A DNA stretch of 62,846 bases, filler included, from Gonapodya sp. JEL0774 (taxonomy: Eukaryota): the NCBI GenBank assembly GCA_027604505.1. It is 2 parts of 2 records of this genome, joined end to end, with 100 filler letters (N's around TTAATTAATTAA, not from the genome) between each part and the next. Parts side by side here need not be neighbours in the genome. Positions count along the whole stretch, not along the records: positions 1 to 31,424 come from JADIIX010000200.1; 1 more part is not named here. The stretch is one strand, 5' to 3'. Shown one piece after another: positions 1 through 12,650 of the stretch. The number at the start of each line of letters is the position of its first letter. The first letter of the stretch is position 1. The translations under genes and the position numbers were made by a program. The notes under the pieces were generated by a model that did no database searches, was not told the DNA's origin, and saw only the letters and a program-made list of their open reading frames with translations.

Positions 1-181
1 ATTTCACAGGTTCATCTTGCATCGATTTTATAGGTGGGTGAAGTAAATTACAGGGTGGGGGCACTCTCCAGGGTGGGGGGTGTAAAAAATGCGACAAAGG
101 TAAGTGAACTCCCAATTATCTTTGTTCACTAATCCATGATCTGTAATCGTACTTTTTGTTAATTATTTGTCAAATCACAAG

Positions 182-1191
182 GCACTGAAAGATTTCTGTC
201 TGGATGATCTACAAACTTGTTTCCAAAAGTTTCAACTTGACACAAAAGAGTGGAATGTTACCTGATTGATGTGCTCCCTCCTTAAACCAGTCTCTGATGT
301 TGCTGAAGTTGTCAGTGCTCAAACTTATCCAATAATTGGCTCTGTGACACCTTCTTTCAATGATCTGTTTAAGTTCCTGGAGAAACAAGCTGAGACAGCA
401 CCTGAGCCTGCAATCAGATTGGCTGCTTTAGCTGGTTTAGAAGTTTTACACAAGTATTATTCAAAAACTGATCGTACTCCCATTTTTGCTCTTTCTGTCT
501 GTGAGTTCTTTCCTCACCTGATTCTGTGATCAATGAGCACTGACCTTAACATTGTGAGTGTAATTCTTGATCCATGTGAAAGGTTCCATTTCTTTAAAAC
601 TCCTTGTTGGGAGGACTATGCGGATGATATTTGGGCCACCGTCAATGAAATCTTCCAGCGTGACTATCAAAGCCACAGGTCTATTGGGTTAGAACCAGCA
701 CACGTTGAGAGTGGGCAAAGGAAGAGGTTTGCATTGTCAGATACCAAAGTCCCATACTCCAAACAAAGGTGGTCAGAGGATGTGGATCAATTGAAACTTT
801 ACCGTGAGTCAGATCTCAGCCCAGATGACACTGATCCCCTTGAATTTTGGAAGGTAAGACCATCCACAATATTTGGTTGATGTGATCTCACAACTATTTG
901 AAATCGCAGAATGACTCTGAAGCTCGAAAGCTTCCAGATCTTGCACGTATGGCTCGAGACTACCTTTGCATACCAGCAACCAGTGTTCCATCTGAACGTC
1001 TCTTCTCATTGTCTTCATCAATTCTTACTAAAACACGAAGCAGTCTTAAACCCCAAAACGTAAGGAAGCTTGTGTTGTTGGGGGATTGGTGGAAGGTTCA
1101 TTCAAAGGCCAAAAGGAGGAAAGAAGCTCCTTTGGAGAGCAAATGGGAGGATGTGGAGTCAGTTGGTGACTTTAATACTGATGAAGATTGA
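182..1191 (+). pseudogene. hAT transposase remnant (intron-containing)
   Basis: The frame ALKDFC...EWNVT*LMCSLLKP has an in-frame TGA at 263-265. ORFs 266-529, 533-880 and 898-1191 are consecutive exons. The sequence is strongly CpG-poor. Confidence 0.8.
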
Positions 1192-1225
1192 AGTTCTACT
1201 GTTATATTTGTTTAGTTTAGCTAAG

Positions 1226-1411
1226 AAGTTCGAAAAGTTCGAAAAGTTCGAAAACAATCTATTTTCTCATCAGAGTTCGGTTCGATCAAGGATGTCAGAG
1301 TTCGAGGTTCGATTTGATCACAAAATGTGTGCTCGAAAGTTTGTTTTGGCGATCTCTTTTTGTTCTGAGTTCAGTTCGAGTTCGGTTCGTCGTGGAAAGC
1401 TCTCGGGCATG
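1226..1411. repeat. hAT subterminal repeats (AAGTTCGAA x3 plus dispersed GTTCG)
   Basis: Three tandem AAGTTCGAA units from 1226 and many further GTTCG copies up to about 1390. Confidence 0.8.
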
Positions 1412-1549
1412 TACATAACTCTCAAGTTTTCAGACACTATGTCTGTATTGATCACCAACTACGTATTATCACATGCGTACTTGCACCCTTAGAGTATTCC
1501 TCAGTCAATGCAATCTTCTTTGGTCCACACAGCAGATACAGATACAATT

Positions 1550-3612
1550 CTATAAATAGCTTTGGATTGTCTCCTCATACACTGTCGGGGCCCCATCCAC
1601 AGCTTGAACTTCGACAAACCGGCCATCAGCCTGCCATCGGTGCATGAGTCCTTGTAAATTTGTTGCCACTTGACGACTAGAGAGCTCGGTAACTGTACCG
1701 GAGGGATTGTCCGAAATGAAGAAGTGTTGGGCCTGTGGTACAATCTGAGTCAACCAAAAATGTTCAAGCAAATGAGCTTCTCCAGGTACGTACATTCACA
1801 GTTTTGAGGTCAGATGTGACTTGCTTTATGAAGGCTGCGATTCGGTCCTGACATAATGGACCGAGGGCACTATTATCGGACATTTGAAAGTCGTGGTTGC
1901 GATTCTCACTGGAACATGTGTGTCATTCAGTGGTTCACCTCTTAAGGACACCAATCTGGATGGATTCTCACTAAATTTCGAGTCGAGTGATTTCGCCACC
2001 GTGTGATCGTTTCAGTGCCATGCACATGCAATCTGCATAGAAGAGATCAACTGTCCCACTTATAATCTAGAATTGGAAGCGTATGCACATGGTTATTGTC
2101 AAAAAGTGTTGCTCACTGATCAGACAGGACATACCAGCTGGGGAGGGAGGAGAGTCGTTTTGTCAACTGACGCATAGATTGGAGAATAATAGGGTGTATA
2201 CTTGAGTTTATCATGTTCCAATCGGCCGTAGCCACGTTTAGTGGCTGTCAAAGGGAACTGAATGAACTAACGTGCGTGAATGCACTGGACATGCTACTCA
2301 CAGTGCTCGAGCGCTTGTTTCGTCAAAATACAAAGATCAAACTCTTGTCGCAAATTGTGGCTAGGAGATACAAGGGACAGATCCACATACGGTGTGATGC
2401 AGGCAAGGCCTGTGAGAGTCTAGTCAGTTGATCTGTAACTCAACAACGGGTAACCTTCCAAATACACACCGGCGGGCATCTGCTCCTTCAGATCGCGCAA
2501 GTAAAGTGCAGTAACGTAAGACAGACCTCCCCCGGCAGAGTCACCTGCAAAGGAGCGCAGACGTGTTGGCAAGATCCTCGAGAATGGGAACTGTCGGCAG
2601 TCATGCCTTGCCAACCTGAGAAAACAGCTTTGGAAGCGCTAAATCCCTGCAAGAGAATCCACTTCCAAGCTGAATACGCATCGGTTATGGCACCAGGATA
2701 TACATTTTCCGGCCCCAGTCTGAGTGGTTAGGTGTCAAGAGCATTTGTATCTTTACTGTTTGGGATCGCTTCAAACATCAAAGAAAGTACCTGTAGTCAA
2801 CACTAAGGACTCGAAGCCCTCTGGTGGCGAGCGCAAATGTTTGAGCGCGATGACCTTGCGGGGACTAGATGCTTGCCGACATTGGCATCCCATGCGATCG
2901 GAACGAGACGCCATTTCAACTTCTCACCCCGCCAACGTATCCCCCTCCATGAAAATAGACAACCGTGGGAGCATCTTCAGGTAACGTATCGCCAACGTGC
3001 CATTCGGCTGGTATTGTTCCGGACACGCTTTCTTCAAGACCAGGTGCGGGAACTCGAGGGATTTCCACAGGTCGAATTACATATCCGAGGGGAGCTGGCA
3101 TCGGTGGGCGGCTATTCCCAAGTCTGGTTCGTGCTTCAATGGCGTCGTATACATCTAGTGGGGACGATTATCAGTTTCAATCGAGGGGCTACAACGCACA
3201 GGATTGAATCACGCACCTAGACAACTGCGAGTAAACTGAGTTGCCTTGGTGAACTCAGGAGTCCTTGGTAAGAGACACCAACGAAGGTGGGATGTCATTT
3301 GTGAAGGCGAAGAGCCAAGGAAACGAAACGAATCATCTTAAAACGGACCAGGTCTTGGGATATTGCAGTGCAGATTGTGACATATCAGTTCAGCTCAGTA
3401 TGGTGGAAGCCAACTCAACGAGGTGTTCTTGCAAGTGCTTATAATATTATATGCCCCGGATGCAAATTTGTTGTTACTCCGGGCTCACTTGAGAAACATA
3501 ATGTCTCAGATAATCGATCCTTCGATTTCGTCAAACTGATATGTAATATATGTCGGAGTTGGAGAATGCTGGACCGTGATTACTGTAACAGCGGAAACAT
3601 CATTTTCGGCAT
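1550..3612 (-). CDS. Alpha/beta hydrolase, HSL family (abhydrolase_3) esterase/lipase; multi-exon, 5' end uncertain
   Basis: Oxyanion motif YFHGGGY, then LSVDYRLGPENVYP, nucleophile elbow GDSAGGGL, Asp region IISGTVDLF and catalytic His in YENRNHDFQ. One junction near 2860 needs either a weak splice site or a 1-nt frameshift. Confidence 0.85.
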
Positions 3613-4078
3613 TACCGACAGAGGGGGGTCATGAAATCGAGTGACGTGTATTCTTTGACACATGTTTGGGATTTAAAATACATTGCACCGTCTACTTATT
3701 GGATAAGTAATCGTACGACACTACCGAATGTCTCGATATCTGGCGTTTGAACCACAAAGGTCGGGGAACGACACCTGTATCTCGATTCCTTACGAGTCAC
3801 ATTCAGCATACCCGCCGTAATCACTGTTGACGCTGTTCGGGATGGTTATACGAGGCGTCAGAGAAGTCTCCCGTCGTTTCGTGATAAACTGAACTGGTAT
3901 CAGTGGACGATTCTTGCGACCACAGTCATTGATTTGAATCTCCCTCACTCTGCTCTCACTCTCATCCCGCAACGAACACACCGAAGGCGCCATCTCGCCA
4001 CGGCCCAGCGCCGGAATTCATTTTGTGCCTGACACTTAGCTGCCTGGAATCTCTTGGATTGCACTTTCTCTGTCGCTG

Positions 4079-7000
4079 ATGGCAGAATCGAACGTTTCCG
4101 CCTTGCGACATCGCGCACCCGGCAACGGTGATGCTGCTCCTGACCCTCAAAATGGAAATGCCAACGGCCAGGGCCCTGAAGGTGCGGCGCGGCAGGAACC
4201 CCAACAGGATAGCTTCTTTTCCTCGCTCCGAGGAATCCTTCAGTGGATCGTTCTTTGGATTGTCATCCAGCAATTTTCAGGTGCCTGTGAGTTATCTTGA
4301 CCAACCTTACTGTCTCTCGGTATCTTTTTCGTCATGGTGCGATGAATCTCTTTCCCACGGGGACTGATCGCTTTGTTTGATGCATGGTCAATATCGATAT
4401 CTTCCTTTCCCGGATGCGGCGCCTCAATCATATTTTCGCTCCCACTGTTTTGAAGTTTTTGGAAATAAGGAACCCCAAGTTCCAACCCCGACCACTGGAC
4501 CGGATGGGCAGCGGTTCAATAGCCCGCCGGTTGTCTCAAAGACCCTGCATATGTATTGGCCCACCACATCCTTGACCGTGAGTTGCCGTCTTGTCCATTT
4601 TCCTTCATACCTGCGACAAGCAGTACATGGACCACATGGATTTTATGCCAGCTTAGTGCAGAGAACTGCCGGAAAGCCGCAAAAAGTCTCCCTGTAGATA
4701 TCTTGCGTCATCCACTCTCTTTCCGAACCTGTAGAGCCACCCACACGTTTGTGTGGCTTGAAACTTATGGACGTTGCTCTCGTTTCCCGGTTAGAAGGAG
4801 CTGTTTCTTGGTGGTGTGGGAATTATCTCAAGAACTACAAGCATCCCCGTCCAAATGCTAATGCTGTTGTTTGTGCGACTGCTCCCTCACGTCTTTGCTC
4901 CTGTGGTGTGTCCCTTCCACTTTAGGATTTCGCTGTCTACCTCACGGAAGACCCCTTCCTCGATTGGAAGGCCCACGCCTACACGACTGCCGAGCAAGTC
5001 CCCGGTCAGCCTTCACGGTACCCGTGGAAGATTATGGACGAGCGAGATGTCAAGTTTGGAAACTTTTCCGATGAAAGGATTGTGGAGGTTGAGGTTTCGT
5101 GCTCAAATGTGGGTGGACCTCTAGTTCTATGGAAGGACACTCGGGTGGGAGGCGGAGGAGAGGGGGGTGTATTACCTATTGCCTGAAGAATCGGAGTTGT
5201 CGAGTGCTGCACTCGCGCGGCTGTAGAGAATCCCCCTCTTTACCTCGAAATGTTTATTGCCAACTCTGTGGACTCTCGCACTTTCTCCTCTAGCGCCTTC
5301 AAAACAACGGTACTCTCTTCGCCCACATCTTCCTCACTCGCACCACCTACTCTCCCAACGTGACATCTGATGACTACGACGACCAGATGACTACGTACAT
5401 TCGGAAACGTGAGGCATCGTGATTGCCTCGGAACGTACTTGTTTTTGACGGGATGGCATCCTGCAATTGAACGTGTGCACACACGATGTTTCACGCATGC
5501 CTTGTCTCTTGCCCTCTCACCCAGCCCTTACCCGATACCAGCCCAAACGTAAAGTCGCCAAACTGAAATCCCTTATTGTAACCAATGTCACCGCGGGTCC
5601 GGCAACCCCTACCATCCCTGAAGAAGATGCGGAATTTACCTCGGACTCAAAAGACCCTCAGCCCTGGATCGCGTTTTGGCACCCGAATGTGACCGTATCT
5701 GTAGTGCCCGATAACCAGGCAGTCCAGATGGCGGGATTGCCTGCTCCGATTGCAAAACGTTAGTACATCGTGGGAGATTGAGCGAGTTTCTGAAGTGTCT
5801 CTGACGTGGCGGGTTTGATTTGTAACACTGTGTCTGGCTTCGCGGTCTCAATCTCCCGGAAAATGCATGGTGTTGCACCATTGTCACGCTTCTCGTATTT
5901 TGAACACTCTTCTAGACATCCGCCCTGCTCACGATGGTGCTCACTACTACCCGGTTCTCTTTGCCAACGACTTTTGGCTTATGCAGGAACACATGAACCC
6001 GATCAACACCACTGTGAAGTAAGTTCGGTGCGAGTGGAATATTTTGAATGTTTCGTATCGAACTCACTGTTGTACGTCGGGTGCGATAGAAATCTTCCAT
6101 TGAGGATCAACTTCTATCAAATGGCCTGGTGGAAATATATGGTGATTGTTCCCACTGTCTCTGCTTGATTATCCTCACATCTGCCCAAAATTTATTGACG
6201 TTGCTTCTCTTTTGGTGCGACGTTCGGGTTTTCAGATGTATATGCAGATGGACGAATCTCTAAAGGCTCAGGAAGCCATGTCGGGTGGTCCTTCCCAGAT
6301 GGACGAGATCAAGCGCATGTTGATCGAGACGAACCCTATCTTGTTGGCTATAACCATGGTCGTCACTTTGCTACACAGCGTGTTTGATATGCTCGCGTTT
6401 AAGAATGGTGAGATTCTGGGAAGCTCGCAGCAGGAGCCACTGTCTGCCAGCTGAGTGGCACTGTCCCGCATTTTCACCTGAAACGTATCCTTCCACTCTC
6501 CAGATATCCAGTTCTGGCGCGCCCGTAAAGATCTTGAGGGGCTTTCCCTCCGCACCATTCTGTCCAACATTGTGGTGCAAGTCATCATCTTCCTCTACCT
6601 TCTCGACAATGAGACATCTTGGGTCGTCATCATGTCCTCGGGTATGGGTGCAGCGATTGAGATTTGGAAAGTACAAAAGGCTGTATTGGTCGAAAGGCGC
6701 TCGTCGTTCCCGTATATCACAATCAAGGAAAGGGTCACGAACAAACGGGTCACAAAAACTCAGGAGTATGACAAGGTTAGTTGCGCGCCTCCGCCCGACT
6801 TGAGCGTGGTGATACTCTCACTTGCGACGTTCTTTTCCACTTGGTTAATCGCTTCATATTGTGCTCATTCTGTTGTATAGATTGCCTTCACTTATCTGAC
6901 GTATGCATTCATTCCATTGATGATTGGCTACGCGATTTATTCGCTTCTCTACGAACAACACAAGTCGTGGTACTCTTACGTGCTCGGCACACTCGTCGGT

Positions 7001-7650
7001 TTTGTCTATACATTTGGTACGTTTTGGCTCTCCATAAGCTCTGTATTATGTCCCGGGAGCACTGCACTTGTTTTGTTCGCGGGGCTCTCATTTTCCTCGC
7101 TATTCGTCACTTTTTTTAACTGCGCTCTCCACAAATACCATGATCTTCTAGGTTTCATCACCATGACCCCTCAACTCTATATCAACTACCGTCTCAAATC
7201 TGTCGCCCATATGCCCTGGAAGACTTTTATGTACAAAGCCCTCAATACTTTCATCGACGATCTGTTCGCTTTCATCATTAAGATGCCGACTCTACACAGA
7301 CTGGCGTGTTTCAGAGGTTTGTTGTCTACGTCATATTTGTTCTCCGACTAAAGTTAACAGTTACGTTTTATCGAAATCTATTTGAAAACTGCCAATTGCT
7401 TCTGTGACTTTCCTGGTCCTCAGATGACATCATTTTTGTTATTTACTTGTACCAGAGGTGGATTTACCCAGAAGATAAACGCCGTCGCAATGAATACGGC
7501 CAAGTGGGAGATGCGGCTGGTGAGGAGGATGATGATGATGATGATATTGACGACAAACTGTTGGAAGAGAAAGAGAAGGAGGCAACCTCTGGTTCTAGTG
7601 CAGGGGGACCTGTGGGTGGTTCAAGATTTGAAGTGAAAAAAGACAAGTAG
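4079..7650 (+). CDS. CLPTM1: CLPTM1 family membrane protein (lipid scramblase-like); multi-exon
   Basis: Hallmark segments YYPVLFANDFW, KRMLIETNPILL, LHSVFDMLAFKNDI, MTPQLYINYRLKSVAHMPWKTFMYKALNTFIDDLFAFIIKMP and YQRWIY..D..RRNEYG. Confidence 0.96.
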
Positions 7651-7985
7651 TCATGTTTTCTGCAGTCGGTCATGTTAGCTACTCGTTTGAACATATTTTT
7701 ACAACAATTTGCATTCAAAATATATTCAAATCGGTGGCTTCAGGTGTCGCTGCAATTTTATTCATTTTGATCCGAAGATGGGCGGTATGGGCCCACTAGT
7801 TTGCCACAGCTGACTGAAAAGTATATCCTATCGGTCTCCTTGATAATCCTTTGATGAAGGCCGCACTGAGGGGAATACACGAAAATGGCGAAATTGATCG
7901 ATTTATGATCTATTGGAGGTGAAGTTAGTGATCGATTGCTGTGGGAGAAGTATTGGGATGTGGAAAGCCAGTTAGTTCGCTTGTT

Positions 7986-10900
7986 ATGTCAGTCCGCAAG
8001 GTACTGTGGCCAAATGGATGCATGCATGGTGCAGTACCTTGTGTTCCAATACATATGTCTGTTCTTGTGCGGAACGAACAAAGCAAAAACGTCGTTGAAA
8101 GGCCATCTGTCAGCTCTAGCAGTGTGATTGCTCCGTCCTCTGGTGTCTCTGCTGGTCCTGTCTCCGCCGTGCTTCCTCCGACGCCGCCTCCGCACACCAA
8201 CTCGCACCACCACAACTCCACATACAACGAAGCTGGCTCCGGCAGTGCAGACGCTCTGCCGCTGCCTCTGTTCTCGCAGCCCTCTGTACTCTTGGTGCAT
8301 CATCAGCTGAACCAAATCGCCCCGTTCCCGGAATCTTTCTGTGGTCCCTGGTCCCCAAACCGCTCCAACTCATTTCTCCCAACAACACGATCGTCGGTCT
8401 TTTCTCCCTCGACGCCTTTCATTCCTCACGCCGGCTCTATGAACACTGTTACTCCTGTTAACTCAGCTTGCCCGCCGGCATTTGAGACTTCTGGAGGTGC
8501 TGGTGTTTCCACTCGGCCTTCTTCATCAGCCAGCACACTGGCCCATTCAAGCTCTCCTTATCTTCCCGCACACGCTGCAGAACCTATGCTCCAATTATCA
8601 TCCTTGTCTGCGTTGAAAGAAGCCACGTCGCTCGAGGGTTTCGAATCGCCTACGGCCCAACGTCGCCCTGCACCCCTCGATACAATCGTGGTCGACAGCG
8701 GCTATCAGGACGCCCTACCTCCGTCCTTGCCCGTGACGCTCACCTACCCCTACTCGGGACAGGCTCCCCGACTGGTCGATCAAGCGGCCTATGGAGCTCC
8801 ATCGGCTCCATACCCTATACCCGCCGGAAATGAAATATATGCTCCAAACAATAATCTTAGTCAAACCTTTGATCCGGCTCTTGAAGCCTACTTGTTCGCT
8901 GCAGCCGCGGTCTCGGCGGGCCTTCACAACCAGAGTCAGCACACGTCGCTCTCCTATCCCTACAGATTGCCACAATCCCATCAACAAAGCACAGTCTCAA
9001 ACTCGTATGGTGGGCTCACTGCCTGTCTACCCACCCAATTCCCCTTCCGACAACCCCCATCTCCAACCACAATCTCCGTACCGACCGCTGCTTCATCTGC
9101 TGCTTCGATTGAAACCGCACCGCGAAAAAGGAGTGAGGGTGTCGCGTGGTGAGTTTTTTGGGACGCGCATACGTTTGTGGTGGTGCAGTTCTTGCTCAAG
9201 GAAGTATGGCACACGAGAACGACGCTTGTCGGTGCTCGAGCTTGTTAGTTCCATAGCTCGACGGTTTAACTGCGCTCTTGAACAATTGAAAGAGTAGTTG
9301 CCTTCCCAAGTCCCCGAAACTGACACGAGATCCTCACCTGTTCGCGCTTTATCCTCCTACCTCTCAGGCTCCTTACTCACTTTCATCTCAACCCCACGAC
9401 AATGATTCCTCGCGACTCTCTTCGCGTCGCGTGGCACGCCGCGCATCCAGATAGGTCACGAGTGGGCGCCGCGGGTGTAGGACGATGTATCAAAGCTGCT
9501 TTTGCAAACGGAAGTGCAGGGGGCCTGTCCGTGGAAGTGGGGAAGAGTTTAGGGAGGTAGGTTGTCGGCGCGAGGAGGTCATCCTGGAAAAGTCATCTGG
9601 GTAGGATGTCTTGGATGATCATGATGGTATGTGCACCGGCTGCACTGCCCAATGTAAGCGGGCACTCCTAGGTTGTGGAAGGGGATAGTTCGCTTCCGCT
9701 TTTGCGTAGCACTCCACGTTCCTGACGGACGCATCCTGCTCTGCCAACGACAATTCGTTTCGTTTTTACATTGTGTCGTGCATCATTCTTCCTGCATATA
9801 GATTCTATTACTTGAATCTCGGCGTCAAGAATACGAGCCCTTTACACGGTGTGATTGAGATGTGCGCTTTGACGTCAGACACACGGATGGAACTCGAAGT
9901 GTCGGGCCGCTCGAAAGTTCAGGTGGAGATTGGACGAGGCGAAGAGAGATTTGAGAGTGGAGTGGAAAGCGGCTGTGATAGTGTGGTTGGAGAGCCGAGG
10001 TGAGCCGATAGTGTTGGAAGCGACGGCGGATGGTCGTGATTGCGAACGACCTCGCTCGCTAAGACCATTCGCGAGCACTTCGAACACAGCACTTACTCGC
10101 CTGACATCTAATTCTTCCCCTTTCTAGTACATCTGCGACACTTACATTGTGGACACCGGATAATTCTCATGGGTTGGCCGCTGGGAGTCTTTCTTCGTCT
10201 TCACGTCCTCAAACACCTCTCACAACACCACCTCCCGCCACTCCACCTATTCTTCCTCCAGTCAACTTTTCTGAACCCAGTGGAAACATTCGCCGCCCAG
10301 CAAGCACTCCGTCATTGTTTTCCTTTCGGCCGCCACTGGCCATTTCCTGGCACCTTTCTGCGCCAGCGTCCTCGCTATGTGCACGCTATCTCGCACATTT
10401 AATATCATTCAAAGATGCCTGGGAGATTTTGGACGCGGAAGCATTGGGAGCTGCAGTAGCAAAGTTTTGGAGCGCCGAGAGAAAAATGTCCGCAACCTGC
10501 GAAGTTGAAGGACAGATAGCTGAGCAGAAAGTGGATCGATTCTCGGCGGAAGCGAGAGTCGAGTGGCGGTGGTCTGGCGATGGAGCCGCTGCAACAGCTG
10601 TTTGTGAAGTGGAGGCACTAGTTTATTCCGTGAGCGCTTTGTTGCCAAATTGTTTTCGATCCTCATTTGAGCACCGTTACGTGACGATCATTCTGGTTCA
10701 GTCCATCTTGTCCTACTATTCGAATCTTGCTCTTGCCGACGGGTGCACAACGTCTCATGAATTGGAGCTCACGAAACTTGTTGCACTGGGGAATGAAATC
10801 AAAAGTTCAGCAGGGCATGGACTTGGTGAAAAGGTGGACATTGCCGGAGGAATCTGTGGGTTAGCAACGCAGGGTTTCCTGGAGTCTTTTACAGAACAAA

Positions 10901-11931
10901 CATGTCCACATTCCTTATCAAACATTTTAGTGCTCTCCGCACTAAGTTCTAGTGTTTCCCGACTCACGCACCTCATTTCCGCAACAATGGAGATGAGGGA
11001 CTATTTAAGCCGTAAGTCAGCTGTTCTCAGGGTTGTGCGTTGTGCAAGGGAGTGCGAGGAAAGAGCTCATGGGAAGGTAAAGGAATGTGAGCTCCGTGTT
11101 GTCCTGAAAGAAGGGGGGTGCGGGGGCCCTTGCAGATATCATTAACCGGGAACTTTTGAACAGGGCTCGTTGCGGTTCGTATTCGCCTTGCAGATAGACA
11201 GCCTCTACCGGCCTGGCACACCTGGCTACGCCGACTTGTCGAGACAACGCTGTTTACAGCGCGCATGACTCCTTTGCGAGGAGATTGCCTTGGTAACGAA
11301 GTGCCAGTCTCGAAATCTCTTCGACCTGGTTCCTCTGCACGAAACGTGACCAAAAGGGGCACTGAGAGATTATTGTGGGATGCCGTCGGAGATTTACTGA
11401 TGCCAATGAGAGAGGCAATGGAGATGTTGGAGGTCGCTGGATGCTCAGGTTGGTCTTCACCCTTTGCTTCGACTTTGGTGGACACAGTTTGCTCACACTA
11501 CCAACTACCTGGTGAAACTGATGATGGTGCAAATCACTCACGCGTTCATTTTCACACGACGATCGTCAATCAAAGTCGAGCTTCGGCCATTAAAACAGTA
11601 TCTCATCTGGCATCTAGATGTTTTGACATCGCTTGTATTTCGGGACCTGCGTTCATCCACATACCCATTCAAATCCCCATCTTCAGCCCTTCAGATTGAT
11701 CCACTTCTGCTCCGGGGTATGGTGCAACTGGGATTTTTTGACCCTGTGGGAATGGCTATAGCAGGTGCGAGGGTCACGTGTCTGCCCGAGGAGAGTTGTG
11801 TGAGAAAAAATTCTTCTGTACCCGGGAATGTTGATGTTGTGGATCGAACCGAGCGAAAATGTGCAGTAGTGAGCGGGGGAGAAGATGATTTGGAGTGTCG
11901 CGGTGGGTTGACTCGGGGTATCGTACTGTGA
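7986..11931 (+). CDS. Divergent RFX-family transcription factor (P/S/Q-rich N-terminus, RFX winged-helix DBD, B/C/dimerisation regions); start and end approximate
   Basis: Splicing the donor near 9149 to 9368 and 9556 to 9802 gives WLLTHFHLNPTTMIPRDSLRVAWHAAHPDRSRVGAAGVGRCIKAAF...RFYYLNLGVKNTSPL, matching the RFX DBD pattern (WLL..Y......LPRS.LY..Y.......[14 protein letters not shown]...[9 protein letters not shown].SSPL). ORF 10147-11145 has B-like YLAHLISFKDAWEILDAEALGAAVAKFW and C-like CEVEALVYSVSALLPNCF. Confidence 0.75.
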
Positions 11932-12650
11932 AGGAACTGACTCTAAGTTAGGGATCCTCCAGGTACGAAACGTTCCTTCTCTCTGGCTTTTGGGAGATCG
12001 CGCATTCGTGACGACTTCAATGTGCGAAACCTACCTCACGATGTGAGATCCGCACGCATTTCTTGATCTCCCGTTGCCTGTTCATAGCAGTCATTGACAC
12101 GTGCTTTTATCATCTTCGGATCCCTTTTTTTTTTGTCACAAGTCTGCTACAGCACATATTCTCCGCGCCGCTCGCAAACCTCACATTCGGGTCATCCCTG
12201 CACAACCACCGGCCGCTCTCATTCAGTTGCAAGCCAGACATGCATTCATGGTAGCACAGCAACAGCACGTTCAGATGGACGTGCAATTGTAAGAGTTCGT
12301 GCCATCGATGATGTGAGGGATTGTGGTTGAGTTCATGTGATGTATGTAGTGCTTAAATTCGCTGGTGACCACCGAAGATGCCAACTGAGGGCCAGGGTTG
12401 AGCAAACAAGTAAACAGAAGTACGGAGATAATTTCTTGGGAGGGAAACTGAATAATCACTCTCTTTTGATGACCGGGGAGAGTTTGCCGGCAGCCCCAAA
12501 ACCAATTTATGTTGAGTGGTATTATTCTCGCCAGTATATCTGTGTAAATGTACATCAAACTGTAAGATACACGTTTGTACAAGTTTGAGTGGGTATATGT
12601 TTGTGCGTATAAAATGTTGTGCCACTGGTCTCCAAGGACAAATGCAAGAA

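Larger units (their letters stand above)
1..1411 (+). mobile_element. 3' part of a decayed hAT-superfamily DNA transposon (transposase C-terminus, subterminal repeats, right end)
   Basis: Spliced translation gives the hAT C-terminal dimerisation motif DPLEFWK...LPDLARMARDYLCIPATSVPSERLFS...RSSLKP. It is followed by GTTCGA-rich subterminal repeats and a putative terminus ...CTCGGGCATG at 1411. The 5' part lies outside the window. Confidence 0.88.

Noticed and set aside
1226..1390. CRISPR-like array in the GTTCGA or TATTCG repeats
   Set aside because: Repeats are 6-9 nt, irregularly spaced, adjacent to a hAT transposase in a eukaryotic context, with no cas genes.
1501..1795. Separate small gene or transposon ORF next to the hAT end
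   Set aside because: It splices in frame as the last exon of the esterase.
9557..9801. C/D snoRNA in the RFX intron (ATGATGG ... CTGA)
   Set aside because: Imperfect C box and only about 8 nt of apparent rRNA complementarity; not distinguishable from chance.
7986..10130. Zn2Cys6 transcription factor reading of this gene
   Set aside because: No six-cysteine cluster can be spliced; the exons fit an RFX winged helix much better.
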